Positions 11,930 through 22,530 of a DNA stretch of 37,616 nucleotides are shown here, piece after piece. Within the stretch, counting starts at the first letter, position 1, and every line of letters starts with the position of its first letter. Under the pieces are notes generated by a model that saw only the letters and a list, made by a program, of their open reading frames with translations, was not told the origin of the DNA and did no database searches. This stretch comes from Octopus bimaculoides (Eukaryota): NCBI RefSeq assembly GCF_001194135.2, contig NC_068986.1:102193942-102231557 (forward strand). The letters are read 5' to 3'. The position numbers and the translations under genes are program-made.

Positions 11930-11994
11930 CTGCCTTTTTCTGTCTCTCTGTCTGTAGTACTCACTCCCTCTCTGTCTGCCTCTCTCTCTCTATC

Positions 11995-12040
<46 letters not shown>
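11930..12040 (+). repeat. (CT)n-rich microsatellite; other (CA)n/(TA)n/(CATC)n arrays at 945-1005, 2060-2220, 6692-6751, 12960-13100, 15290-15567, 16755-16870, 18495-18571, 32062-32112
   Basis: Directly visible; these arrays explain the HTHT/CVCV/YIYI/ERER ORFs. Confidence 0.95.
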
Positions 12041-12042
<2 letters not shown>

Positions 12043-13056
12043 TCGATTATTTATTTCATGCAAATGCAGAGCTTTCTCATTTTGCGTGACTCTGACTAAG
12101 TTAAGATCCTGTATTATGCATGGACATGCTTTCGGAATATTCCTAACCACTTAGATGTTAATTTTGGATCAAATCGTTGGCCATACATCATTGATACCGA
12201 TATCGAATGAATTACTGTAGTATTCGTTTCTTCTGATTCATTGAGATATACTATGAGGAAAATGTCGGTTTCTAAAGTCCTAAAAGTCATTACAGATTTC
12301 GGTAAGTTTGGTGGTTGATTAAATTACCGGAGGACTTCAGTACGACCTGGTATCAAGATAACTATATACAACATTACTTATTCAGCCTGTTACGTATTTA
12401 TGAACTTACAGAAAACGAAATATTCTCTGTAGAACCGTAAAAGATCCCAAATTATTTTGTTACAAAGCATGTGTAAAATACCCAAAGTAGATGAAATTGC
12501 TTTCGGGTTCCTTCATCATTTATTCAGGTCGGTTGGATAACGCAATCCTTGTGGTTCAGCAGCGAGTTCTTCGCTGATTAGAAAGGTTAAGCTGACAGGT
12601 AAACATGTTGCATTTTGACAGATGTATTAACTAAGGCAGATAACATTATGTGACTTGACCGTAAGTCCAGTTCAAAATCTTTCGGTAACCTGATAATTTA
12701 GGGAAGTAGATAACAGTAGTTCTAAGGTAATTCGCTAATTGGCTTGCCTCATTCCGTGTTTTATATGATCAATTTCATTAATTGAAACGCTTCCTAAATT
12801 ACGTGGTAATAGTGTTATTTAGATGTAATTCTTTACGTCATCAGTTCAAATCTCAATGTTTCAGTTTCCATCACATATATTCTGAGTTGCTAAGATAAAT
12901 ACTGGTGAAGCACATCAACTAAGCTCATGTTAAATGTTTAGATAGTTACACACACTATTTTCGATTCACACACACAGACACACGCTCATAGATATATATT
13001 GATATAGATATATGTATATCACACACACACACGCACACACACACACACACACAAAT

Positions 13057-13098
<42 letters not shown>

Positions 13099-13565
13099 GC
13101 ATGAATGTATGCATTTATAGACATGCGTAGATTAAATGCAAATTAGGAATATAAGTAAACACATGTGTATCTGTGTGTGTGAGTATACGTGTTTCTGTGT
13201 GTATGTGTAAGAGTGTGCGTGATTGTAAAAGTATTTCATTTGTACTTTCATTAATGCATTTCTAACACGGATGTCTTCTACGTTCATTTTAAATCGGCTT
13301 TGAATACATAGAAACCGCGAATTTGCATCTCAACGTCCTCCCAACAGAAAAGTCATTTATTAAATTTATAGATGATACTTTTATCCAAAATAATGCTTCA
13401 GTTTTCCGGCTATGCGGAGTCTCTGGAGATTCATCTACCTAACAATTTCACTTGTTATCTTTCTCTCATTTTATCTATTTTACCTTTATTTATATATGTG
13501 CATGTATGCATGTAAACGTGTGTAGCCAAAGATATCGTGGCACAGACATCTTCATCGTGCCTTAA

Positions 13566-13829
13566 CCCATTACCTACCAGTGATCTCATATGAGATCACT
13601 TAAAAATTACAAACTTTGTAATTATCTGTCAATATTTACACATATCTAACCTTTTTGCTATATCTACTAGGTATATTTCTTTGATACTCAAATGACGTTT
13701 GCTAACTTTTCACCCAATATCTCGCTTATTTCTATTTAAAATGTTATTTTGAAATGTTATTTTCAAATGTTATTTTGATCATTCCAGCGTGTTTCTAAGG
13801 CTGTTAATAGAATTATGTTATGTAATGGG
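13566..13829. mobile_element. Possible piggyBac-like MITE
   Basis: TTAA|CCCATTAC (13562-13573) ... GTAATGGG|TAAT (13822-13833), with internal palindromes at 13580-13599 and 13605-13623. The right TSD is imperfect. Confidence 0.4.
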
Positions 13830-13845
13830 TAATATGTTATAAATG

Positions 13846-14040
13846 TGACACTGAAGTGTGACCACAGTTGAGAGCAGTAATCCAGACAGCTGAGTACACA
13901 TCTCTTCCAGGGAATCAGCATAGTTTCCTAGTCCTTGGTTCTGAAGGTTGTCAGCATCCATCCGGGTATTCGCCTGTATGCTGCCACCAATCTGGTGAGA
14001 TGCGTGTAAAATGCGGTCAAGAATGGAATGCCACGTAACC
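13846..14040 (-). mobile_element. CR1/L2-group LINE fragment (region C-terminal to RT)
   Basis: Minus frame AAYRRIPGWMLTTFRTKD*ETMLIPWKRCVLSCLDYCSQLWSP; homologous to about 17320-17470. Confidence 0.85.
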
Positions 14041-14749
14041 ACAAACGTGCTTTTCCTGAATAGCCATGTAACGATACACTTACCTTTCTTGAAATGTTTG
14101 TCCTTCTCACTGCATCGTTCCTCTCTCCTCTTTCTAAGGACGAGCCATGCTTTTATCGTTGCAAGCATCACACTTTTTCCATCTTTACTGTGTACGTCCT
14201 TTTGCTTTTTGCTCGTTTTGTTTTTATATTTATTTTATATTTGTCTATATATATATGAATGTGTGTCTGTTGCTTTATCTTTCCAAAAAGTCTTATTTAC
14301 ACAGTTGCTTGAAAGTGCTCAGATCGAACCTGAGACACTAGACATTATATAACTTGGTTTAAGAAGAGACACAATTTAAATAATCATCCTATACTTATGT
14401 TTAACATTACCATGATCAATACATATAACACAATAAATACACCGAACGAGGAACATATCTGTATATTATTTAGAATAGAAAGAAATACATGAGGTAAAAA
14501 TATACGTAAAATGAAAGTTAATGAAAGAAATTTGGGTAATTTAAGAATCAAGGAAGCTTTACTCATACACAGAATAGGACCCCAAATTAACAACAGGATG
14601 GAAGTTGGTAATCAATATATTATTTAGCTACATTTGGATGTGTGTAGTTTAATTCTTAATAGCATGCTCATATATTGTTTACAAAAAAAAAGAAGGGCAA
14701 AAAAAAATGAAAGAAAGAAAAAAGAGAAGCTGCACGTATAACACATAAC

Positions 14750-15000
14750 TTAGAAGCAGCGCCACAGATGTATCAACACAACTCACACGAGATTGAAACA
14801 GCCGACCTCACGCACTTCTCATGAGGAATTCCAGAAGGAGCTTCGTGAGACCACTCCTGAGACGCTTCAGAAAAAAGAAAAACCGTTGGAAAACAGTTTA
14901 TAGCAGAGACTCCAGCAAATAAGATCTGAAGATGGAATTCTAATTCCGAAATACCATCAGACTACAGTTTACCAAGTTACAACAGGTATACAGTCCATTT
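14750..15000 (+). mobile_element. Probable Penelope-like pLTR fragment
   Basis: GC-richer island carrying a PLE-type hammerhead core; boundaries approximate. Confidence 0.4.
14923..14958 (+). ncRNA. Minimal hammerhead ribozyme motif (PLE-type)
   Basis: GAT-CTGAAGA-T-GGAAT-TCTA-ATTCC-GAAA-TACC-ATC: perfect 5-bp stem II and 3-bp stem I; the cleavage triplet reads ACC. Confidence 0.65.
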
Positions 15001-15469
15001 TTTGTTCTATATTGCATTGTTATACCTTCCTAAACTTTTTATTCTTTACAAACAATACACAGTGCGTCAAGCGAACTACAATACTTTCCTATACGTAAAA
15101 TGTATTAATGAATAAAGAGTGATATATCGATTAAAAATCATATTAATGTTAAGATTATAGACGATGGATTAAGAATTAAAAGTTATATGGACGGCAGTGA
15201 AATTCATATAGAAGTCACATAAACAATAAGAAATATATAAGAGAAAGGAAAACTTAAAGTTACATTATGTTGGTCGTTGCCTCAGATAGTGTACATCTGT
15301 ATATATATATATATGTATAACTGCACACACATACGCACACATACACACACACACGCACACACACACGCACACACACACGCACACACACACACACACACAC
15401 ATATATATGTATTGTTTTCAGAGAGGGAGAACGGGAGAGAGAGGGAGAAAGGGAGAGAAAGAGAGAGAG

Positions 15470-15515
<46 letters not shown>

Positions 15516-15567
15516 GTATACACACACAGACACACATACTCTCACACACATACACACGCACACACAC

Positions 15568-16189
15568 GATTCTTTGCGATTTGCCAATTCTGGCCGTTTT
15601 TCTTTGAGAGCTTCCTCCAATTTCATTGCGTGTGAGTTGCATATCGCAAATATTGATTCAGTGTGTTAAGTGTATCTCATTCAATTTATGTGTAACTCAA
15701 ATATAGAGCTTCTTCACGAGACATTTTCATTGATTTTCATTTGTTTTGTGATACATTTTTACCTCTCCCCAATGTGTAGCACAGTTATATGATAATCAGA
15801 TTCACTTATGGCTTTGATTCGGTCATCACCAACTTCAGTAGGTCTACCAGAACATAGGTCATCTTTGAGTGAAAAACCTCCAGAATTGAATTTTTAAATC
15901 ATTTCTGACATGTGCGTTCTTTTAAGCAATCAACATATCTATTTGTGAGCCCCAGCAGCTTTCTAGCCTTTATGCAAATAAAAAAAAACAAAACCTGACG
16001 AAAATGTTTCTGAAATTCATGTTAAAATTGACACTGAACTAACAGCAGTGTGCAAAATTACGCGCAATCGGTTTCTAAAGTAAGTGTCGGCTATCAAATG
16101 TCAAAAGGAAAATCTCGAATTGGGAAAATTTATTCCATAATATCGTAACGCTATTTGCGAAAAACGGAATTGCATTCGTGCCAACGCAA
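15568..16189 (-). mobile_element. mariner element resembling the mellifera subfamily; internally deleted and 3'-truncated
   Basis: 5' TIR at 16161-16189 followed by TA. The pseudo-ORF from ATG 16020 gives, across frameshifts, KHFRQVL..ERTCQK*FKKFNSGGFSLKDDLCSGRPTEV..IHLT..INICDMQLTRNEI and then MKLEEALKEKRPELANRK. Confidence 0.9.
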
Positions 16190-16884
16190 TATATNNNNNN
16201 NNNNGTGTGTGTGTGTGTGTATGTGTGTGTGTGAATATGATAAAACATAGAATGTGAGACAAAAATACCGGAAATGTGAGTGTGCAATTAAAGTGTCGAC
16301 ACACATCATACTTCCGCAAAGCAAATTCTTCTTAAAAGAACTTGATATACAAATGCAATACATGTACACACCATTCTGCAACATTAATAGCCTTTGGTAG
16401 CTACTTATACATTGTATATCTACTTGAATACGATACAACACACTTCAATATATTGCAATAAGATATTTTATAATGACAATGCACTTAACGCACTTGATGA
16501 TATCAGAGTACTTACAACTAAAATGTACTAATACGACAGTGGGTAGAACAATATAAAGAAATATTATTAGCAGATTGGCTACAATTTAATTGTGACTGCG
16601 TACAGTATTTAAGATTCCAGATAATTCTATTGAAGAATTGCGGTTTCTGGAAAATCAGAAGTTTGTACGTTAACCTTTACACCATAATATTTAACGCGTT
16701 TGTACATTAATGCACAAACACTTACGCACAACCATCCTCCTACAATCTCTTACACATCCATCCATCCATCCATCCATCCATCCATCCATCTATCCATCCA
16801 TACATACATATATTCGCACATACATACATACATGCATGCATACATACACACATACATACATACATACATAAACACTCATATATA

Positions 16885-17950
16885 AAGCATCCTTGTATGT
16901 CACAAAATCTATACATTGTGGAGCCATTTTTTCGTCTAGTATTGTGGATAGGAGAGTGTCCAGTTTCTTTTTGAAGACTTCCACATCAATATCACGTAAG
17001 TTTCTCAACTGTTTTGGCAGAGCATTGAAGAGCTGTGGTCCTCTGAACCCTAGGCTATCGCAGTACCTGGTTCTTATATTAGATGTATTGCACGGTACTT
17101 TCGCTACTATGCAGTGGCGTCTAGTACGAGCATTCACATAACCCTCGATGGCAAAATTGGATACTAGCCCTTCCAGTATTTTCCACATTACATATCTCGC
17201 GCGTCTACTCTCTAGAGCTGCAGTTCTTTCAGCCTCTCCCTGTAGTTCATCTGTTGGACTGGAGCAATCGTTTTAGTGTAGTAACGCTGCATTGATTCAT
17301 GTTCCGTTGTTTGCTTGACACACTGTGTGGTGACCACAGCTGAGAGTAGTAGTCTTCGGGGCCGAGGACAAAGGTCTTCCAAAGAGTCAACTTGACTTCT
17401 TGATCTCTTGTCCTGAATACCCTCAGAATCCATTCCGCCAGTTGTCCGCACTTTGCTGCTAACTTTGGTAATGTGTATGTGAAATGATGCATCATTATAC
17501 ATAATGATGTCCGGGTCTCTCTCAATTTTTTGTGACTCTGGGATTTCAGTACCTCCAGGTCGTGTAAATGCCAGCTGTGGAGAATTTGTGAACATATAAC
17601 GCAGTGCTTGATGTTTTACAGCATTGAATTGTATATTGTTTTGCTTACTTGTATATTACATTTAGGTCGTTCTGCAGGTTTACAACATCATTAGGATACT
17701 TTATTGCTTGTGATAATTTTGTATCATCGGCGTACCTAGTGACAGCGGCTGTCTAAATGACTCTAGGCATGTCTAAGAGGGCTACTATAAACGGTAATGG
17801 CCCTAAGATAGTTCGTTGACGGGACACAGCTCGAAATTTAGGTTTCCCTAGAGAGTGCATCGTTGGCTTCAACTATCTGACTTCTATTGTGTATGACGTC
17901 ATGCAGCCACTCTCCTAGTTTACCAGCTATACCAAGGTAAGCAAACCAAG
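16885..17950 (-). mobile_element. CR1/L2-group LINE, 5'-truncated (RT and C-terminal region, disrupted)
   Basis: YADD at 17734-17723 (TRYADDTK), plus WILRVFRTRD..YSQLWSP, NYRERLKELQL*SLERRRE and GPQLFNALP; the 3' end runs into (TATG)/(TGGA)n. Confidence 0.95.
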
Positions 17951-18099
17951 AATAGCAAACCTGATAGTAAACCGCAGATTATAAAAGTTCCCTACCGATA
18001 ATGTTTTTTTTTCATACCGAACTACATCGTAAAAATTATTAATTATTAATTTATTAATAAATTAATCTTTTACCCTATATATGTTATGATTATTCCCTG

Positions 18100-18500
18100 C
18101 CTGATAGTAAACCGCAGATTCTTCTGCGGTGTTGCTTTTGACGCACATGGTGATTCTTGTGGATGGATGCGGACTGACTAGTCTATAAATTCGGATATGC
18201 TGCTTTTGTTATGTGATGCATACATAGTTTTTGCCAGCATTTTCTAATTTATAATCTGGAATATCATACTGATGAAGGAAATGGATTATTTTACTATTCT
18301 GATCCTGAAACGCGTGTATGTTTAACTAGAGGCTGGTTAGTTTCGTTTATTTTTTTCTCCTTCTATTTGCTTATATGAGTTACAGGTATTTGGTATTTTT
18401 TGGAGACTTATTCCAGTAGTAGAATTAGCTCTTTAACTGCTATTTCTAATTTTTGGTATGTGGTGAAGTAACCGTTGCTGATTCCTTAATTATCTTTATC
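18100..18500 (+). mobile_element. Probable Penelope-like pLTR segment
   Basis: Hammerhead core at 18265-18320; a 21-bp direct repeat marks the 5' side; boundaries approximate. Confidence 0.45.
18265..18320 (+). ncRNA. Hammerhead ribozyme motif (PLE-type)
   Basis: CATA-CTGATGA-AGGA..TCCT-GAAA-CGCGT-G-TATG: stems I and II (4 bp each) and palindromic stem III ACGCGT; position 17 is G. Confidence 0.7.
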
Positions 18501-18526
18501 TATCTATCTATATATCTATCTATCTA

Positions 18527-18571
<45 letters not shown>

Positions 18572-20532
18572 NNNNNNNNNNNNNNNNNNNNNNNNNNNNN
18601 NNNNNNNNNNNNNNNNNNNNNNNNNNNNNNNNNNNNNNNNNNNNNNNNNNNNNNNNNNNNNNNNNNNNNNNNNNNNNNNNNNNNNNNNNNNNNNNNNNNN
18701 NNNNNNNNNNNNNNNNNNNNNNNNNNNNNNNNNNNNNNNNNNNNNNNNNNNNNNNNNNNNNNNNNNNNNNNNNNNNNNNNNNNNNNNNNNNNNNNNNNNN
18801 NNNNNNNNNNNNNNNNNNNNNNNNNNNNNNNNNNNNNNNNNNNNNNNNNNNNNNNNNNNNNNNNNNNNNNNNNNNNNNNNNNNNNNNNNNNNNNNNNNNN
18901 NNNNNNNNNNNNNNNNNNNNNNNNNNNNNNNNNNNNNNNNNNNNNNNNNNNNNNNNNNNNNNNNNNNNNNNNNNNNNNNNNNNNNNNNNNNNNNNNNNNN
19001 NNNNNNNNNNNNNNNNNNNNNNNNNNNNNNNNNNNNNNNNNNNNNNTATATATATATGTATACATGTCTACATATATTAAAATATGCAGAAATAAACACA
19101 CACATATATACATATACATGGGTACACACGGAATTACGTATAAGCACTGTCATGCTTACATAAATACAAATGCGTGAAATAGAAGAAGAGAAAGCATCCG
19201 AACATTACAGGTGCAACGTATAAAAAGCGTGATATATGGAGACGACAATGCGTCAGAACAACATACCTATGCCTACAATACGAGTCATGTGTTCAGGCAA
19301 GCAGATTTCATTGAAAAGTAATATGTTTGCATTGCGGAATTCCTGAAGAATGATACGTTTTTTCTTATTTCTTTTAGAATATGCTCTTCATATTTAATTT
19401 AGCGTATGTATTTCTAGGCAAACTGATTATGCTGCATTTGTATGGAGACTGTAATGTAACATAATGTTGTGGTTAATTTTATATGAGAAAGGAAACGGTG
19501 TATAATTTTTTCATGAAATTTTCCGCTATGGTTTCAACACTACAACATTGTTTAAGCACAATCTCCAAATCTCTGAACCGATCTCCTTCCATAACATATG
19601 CAATCAGCCATTTAGAATTGTTTTAGTTTCGCATACCACGAATGATGAAAAACATAACAAAAAAAAAGCGTAAGAAAAATATCTGATATCAACAAGAAAT
19701 AAAACAAAATAGCATATTACTCTTTGTAGCTCTCTATTGCATGGGGATTGTAAAACCCATTAAGATTGACGTGAATAATTAATCAGTAATTATTAGTAAT
19801 TCTGTTCAGACGCGCATAGAGAGAATTTCTAGAAACGCTTTTTCACAATATGCGTGTCGACTTGGCAAATACAATGCCCCGATATCTTTTGATCTGATTC
19901 CCTCCAGTGTTTGTAATTTAGATTCGAGCCCATTCTCCATTTATTTTCATATCCCTACAAATAGTAATCAGCAGCAGTCATGATTGAAATTATATGAACA
20001 TTCATACAAATACACATACACTACAAACGCATATATATAATATTACACTCATATACGTATGAATACAAAGAAAAATAACTGTATAACAACTTGCAATGCA
20101 TAAAACACACACATATATATATATATACATATATCCTGTAGTACTCAACTGATGATAAATATTTGAAATTTGGTGTTTGAATCCGTCGTAGCAGAACCAA
20201 CGGGACACCTATTGTTATTGTAATTTTCTTATGTTTATTCATTTCTATCTAATATCATGGTGACCAACAGCAGTAACGTCGCCGTTCTCTTTACCGCTTT
20301 TAATAAAATTATCATTTTCTTTCCTTTAAATTATGCTATCATTAGTATAAAATTCCTTTCCCCTAATAAGGGATTCAGCCAGCATATGTCTCCTTAATCT
20401 ATTTCTGCTGATAATGGCCTTGGAAAATTATGATAATAGCGCATTACTTTGTTTTTGCCTTTTTAATCAAATCTATTATATTAATTTAAATCTAATGGAG
20501 TTATGCAAATACATTTTCTTTTCAGTCCTCAC

Positions 20533-20655
20533 CTCTAAGAGAAGGGTGTCGGTGCTGCTCTGCGTTTGATAAATCCCACCTTGTAGTTCTACAGAAGACG
20601 TGTCAATTTGTCCCGAAATTATAATAATCTCAAGTGCAGGGCGCTCCTCATCACC
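20533..20655 (-). CDS. Candidate internal exon (123 nt, phase 0-0): GDEERPALEIIIISGQIDTSSVELQGGIYQTQSSTDTLLLE
   Basis: Acceptor ttttattaaggctttaacag|GGT and donor GAG|GTGAGG; open for 41 codons, on the same strand as the large ORF. Confidence 0.5.
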
Positions 20656-21012
20656 CTGTTAAAGCCTTAATAAAATTGTTTTGTGGTGTTTAATTACTGA
20701 ATATTACATTTTCAATTCAAATCGTATTGTGATCAGCTTTTTTTTTCTAAGATCTTAGAAATAATTCACCAAAAAAATATTTCTCAAAGAAACCGACTGT
20801 AAATACTACCAGACAGAATCAGTCTGGTAAGCGAACACTAACAGAATTAGTTTCTTTATGCGGTGGTCCTATGAACAACAGGTGCCGTGGCTGTCTGAAA
20901 CGAGTTATTAGTTTCATATTGAAATAGCAAGATAGATATTAGAAAGGAAATTGGTGAAAAATCCAAGAGGCAAGAGATAACCATCGAGATGCTGGTGATG
21001 GTAATGGCCCTA

Positions 21013-21606
21013 TACTAGATATTTATCACTCTCAGAGCTAAAGTACACATTCTGGCCATTAGTCGGTCCGGGTATCGGAAGCACAACTTTGCAACAATGT
21101 GTTATTTCATCGATACCGAGTTGATGTGTGTAAATTTTCAATGACATTTCCTCGAATAACGTGAGAGGTGTGGAAATGAGAAATTCATGTGAAAACCAGC
21201 AGGAAACGTTGTGTAAACCAGCAGTAAACGTTGTACAAGGTGCTAGTCGCGTGGGTTTTGTTGTTTTTGTGTGTTTTATATCATAGATCCCAGAAAGATT
21301 TACTGGTGTCTCTTGGAACTGGCAGTAAACGGGCATATTCCCTGTTCTACAAACAGGGTATGGGCACGCTGAGAAAGTAGACGATAAAAGAAGCTTAACC
21401 GACACGTCACTGACAAATCCAGGTTTTAATATATAGACCCAATATTTCGTGCGTCTTCCTGTTCTGAGCTGAAAGTCCGCCGATATTGGTTTTGCCTTAC
21501 ATTGTTTTGAACGCGATGAATAAATACCAATATATACCGGAGTCGATGCAATCGATTTATCCCCTGGCCTTGTGTTAGACGTTGAAATCAAGATATAGTC
21601 ACGATG
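21013..21606 (-). CDS. Candidate large exon of an uncharacterised protein (198 open codons)
   Basis: The frame is open from HRDYILIS (21606) to DKYLV* (stop 21012-21010). It starts right after tgattaatgtcttcctgtttgctAG, the other two phases close within 6 codons, and I recognise no TE motif. The donor (CTA|GTATAG, exon end 21016) is weak. Confidence 0.6.
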
Positions 21607-22329
21607 CTAGCAAACAGGAAGACATTAATCATTGGGAACGTGGTGAAAAAATAGTACACGCCTGCACTCCCGAACTCTAATCATGGAAACATCTTCGTTG
21701 TGTGACAGGTTTTAGAGATTGTAAATGATGAAAGTGGCTTCCATAGAGCCCTGAAAAACTAGGATCACTCGAATGTTATGGTACCTTCATCCTTCCCTCC
21801 TTCGCAGCTTTTCATTAGACATTCAGCTTCAGTAGTCTTTAGGAACTGCATGGCTTCGATTCAGTTTGGAATTTCCTCGGTGAGTTCCTATTGGAACGGT
21901 TTTAGATCGCGATGTCTCTCTGTGAAGGTTTCGTTTTATCATGCGTTTTATACATATTAGTTCTCCAGCAGCGGATAACTGCGTTCTTGTGAGTCATCGC
22001 GATGAATTAGAGTGATAGTAGAATAATCGCAGGTTAATAGAGACAAACATGACAGGAGTAACAAATGTAAATTTTTAACTCGGCGAACTTAAACTTAATC
22101 ACATGAAAAGTTAAATTGATGCCTGTAAACTGTCGCGAGACCTTCGATACATTTCTCTCTTAAGTTGAGAGTGGGATTGCTTGGTTTTGACATCCAGGTG
22201 GAAGGAGACTGAGACTCTCTTGTGACCAGATAGTAACCTTAAATGATATTATAATTGAAATTTCGTGTTAAGGTGGCATATTTATATAATGACAACTAAT
22301 CATCCTGCCTCACAGTGGTTGTACGCCGA

Positions 22330-22530
22330 TCAGGTAGATGCATCTGAACTTTCGCTTCCTGCAGAAGAGACACTTTTCAATGCTCATGTTGTCGATTTGC
22401 TTTCATCATCTCCAGTCCAGAGGACTCGATATGATCTAACTAGTAGTAGATAGTAATGAGCATCCTTTCTTGTCGACACCTCGTGGAACTCCTCAGTGTC
22501 GTGTCGTTGCTAAAACGAAAGAGGTCGTTT
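22330..22530 (-). mobile_element. Highly degenerate mariner transposase remnant
   Basis: Minus frame ..EFHEVSTRKDAH..VLWTGDDES.. resembles 'FHKVSARWVP' and 'ITGDE'. Confidence 0.4.

Noticed and set aside
12490-12530. Minus-strand ATGATGAAGGAACCCGAAAG hammerhead-like text; also CTGANGA hits at 2456, 23059, 22492(-) and 32410
   Set aside because: The core C3 is missing, or there is no paired stem II or correctly placed GAAA.
12220-12598. Plus-strand splice-like pairs (12220-12300, 12528-12598; also 11482-11520 and about 5025-5090)
   Set aside because: Phases are mutually inconsistent and one is closed in all three frames; no coherent gene model.
15260-15669. Stacked ORFs on both strands rich in HT/CV/YI/ER; similar ones at 161-404, 11744-12154, 25766-26024 and 30907-31187
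   Set aside because: These are translations of microsatellites; the non-repetitive parts are explained by mariner or SINE sequence.
16518-16646. Cys-rich minus frame after a strong acceptor (KPQFFNR..YCSTHCRISTF*)
   Set aside because: An in-frame TAG lies just before the GTAAGT donor; only 42 codons.
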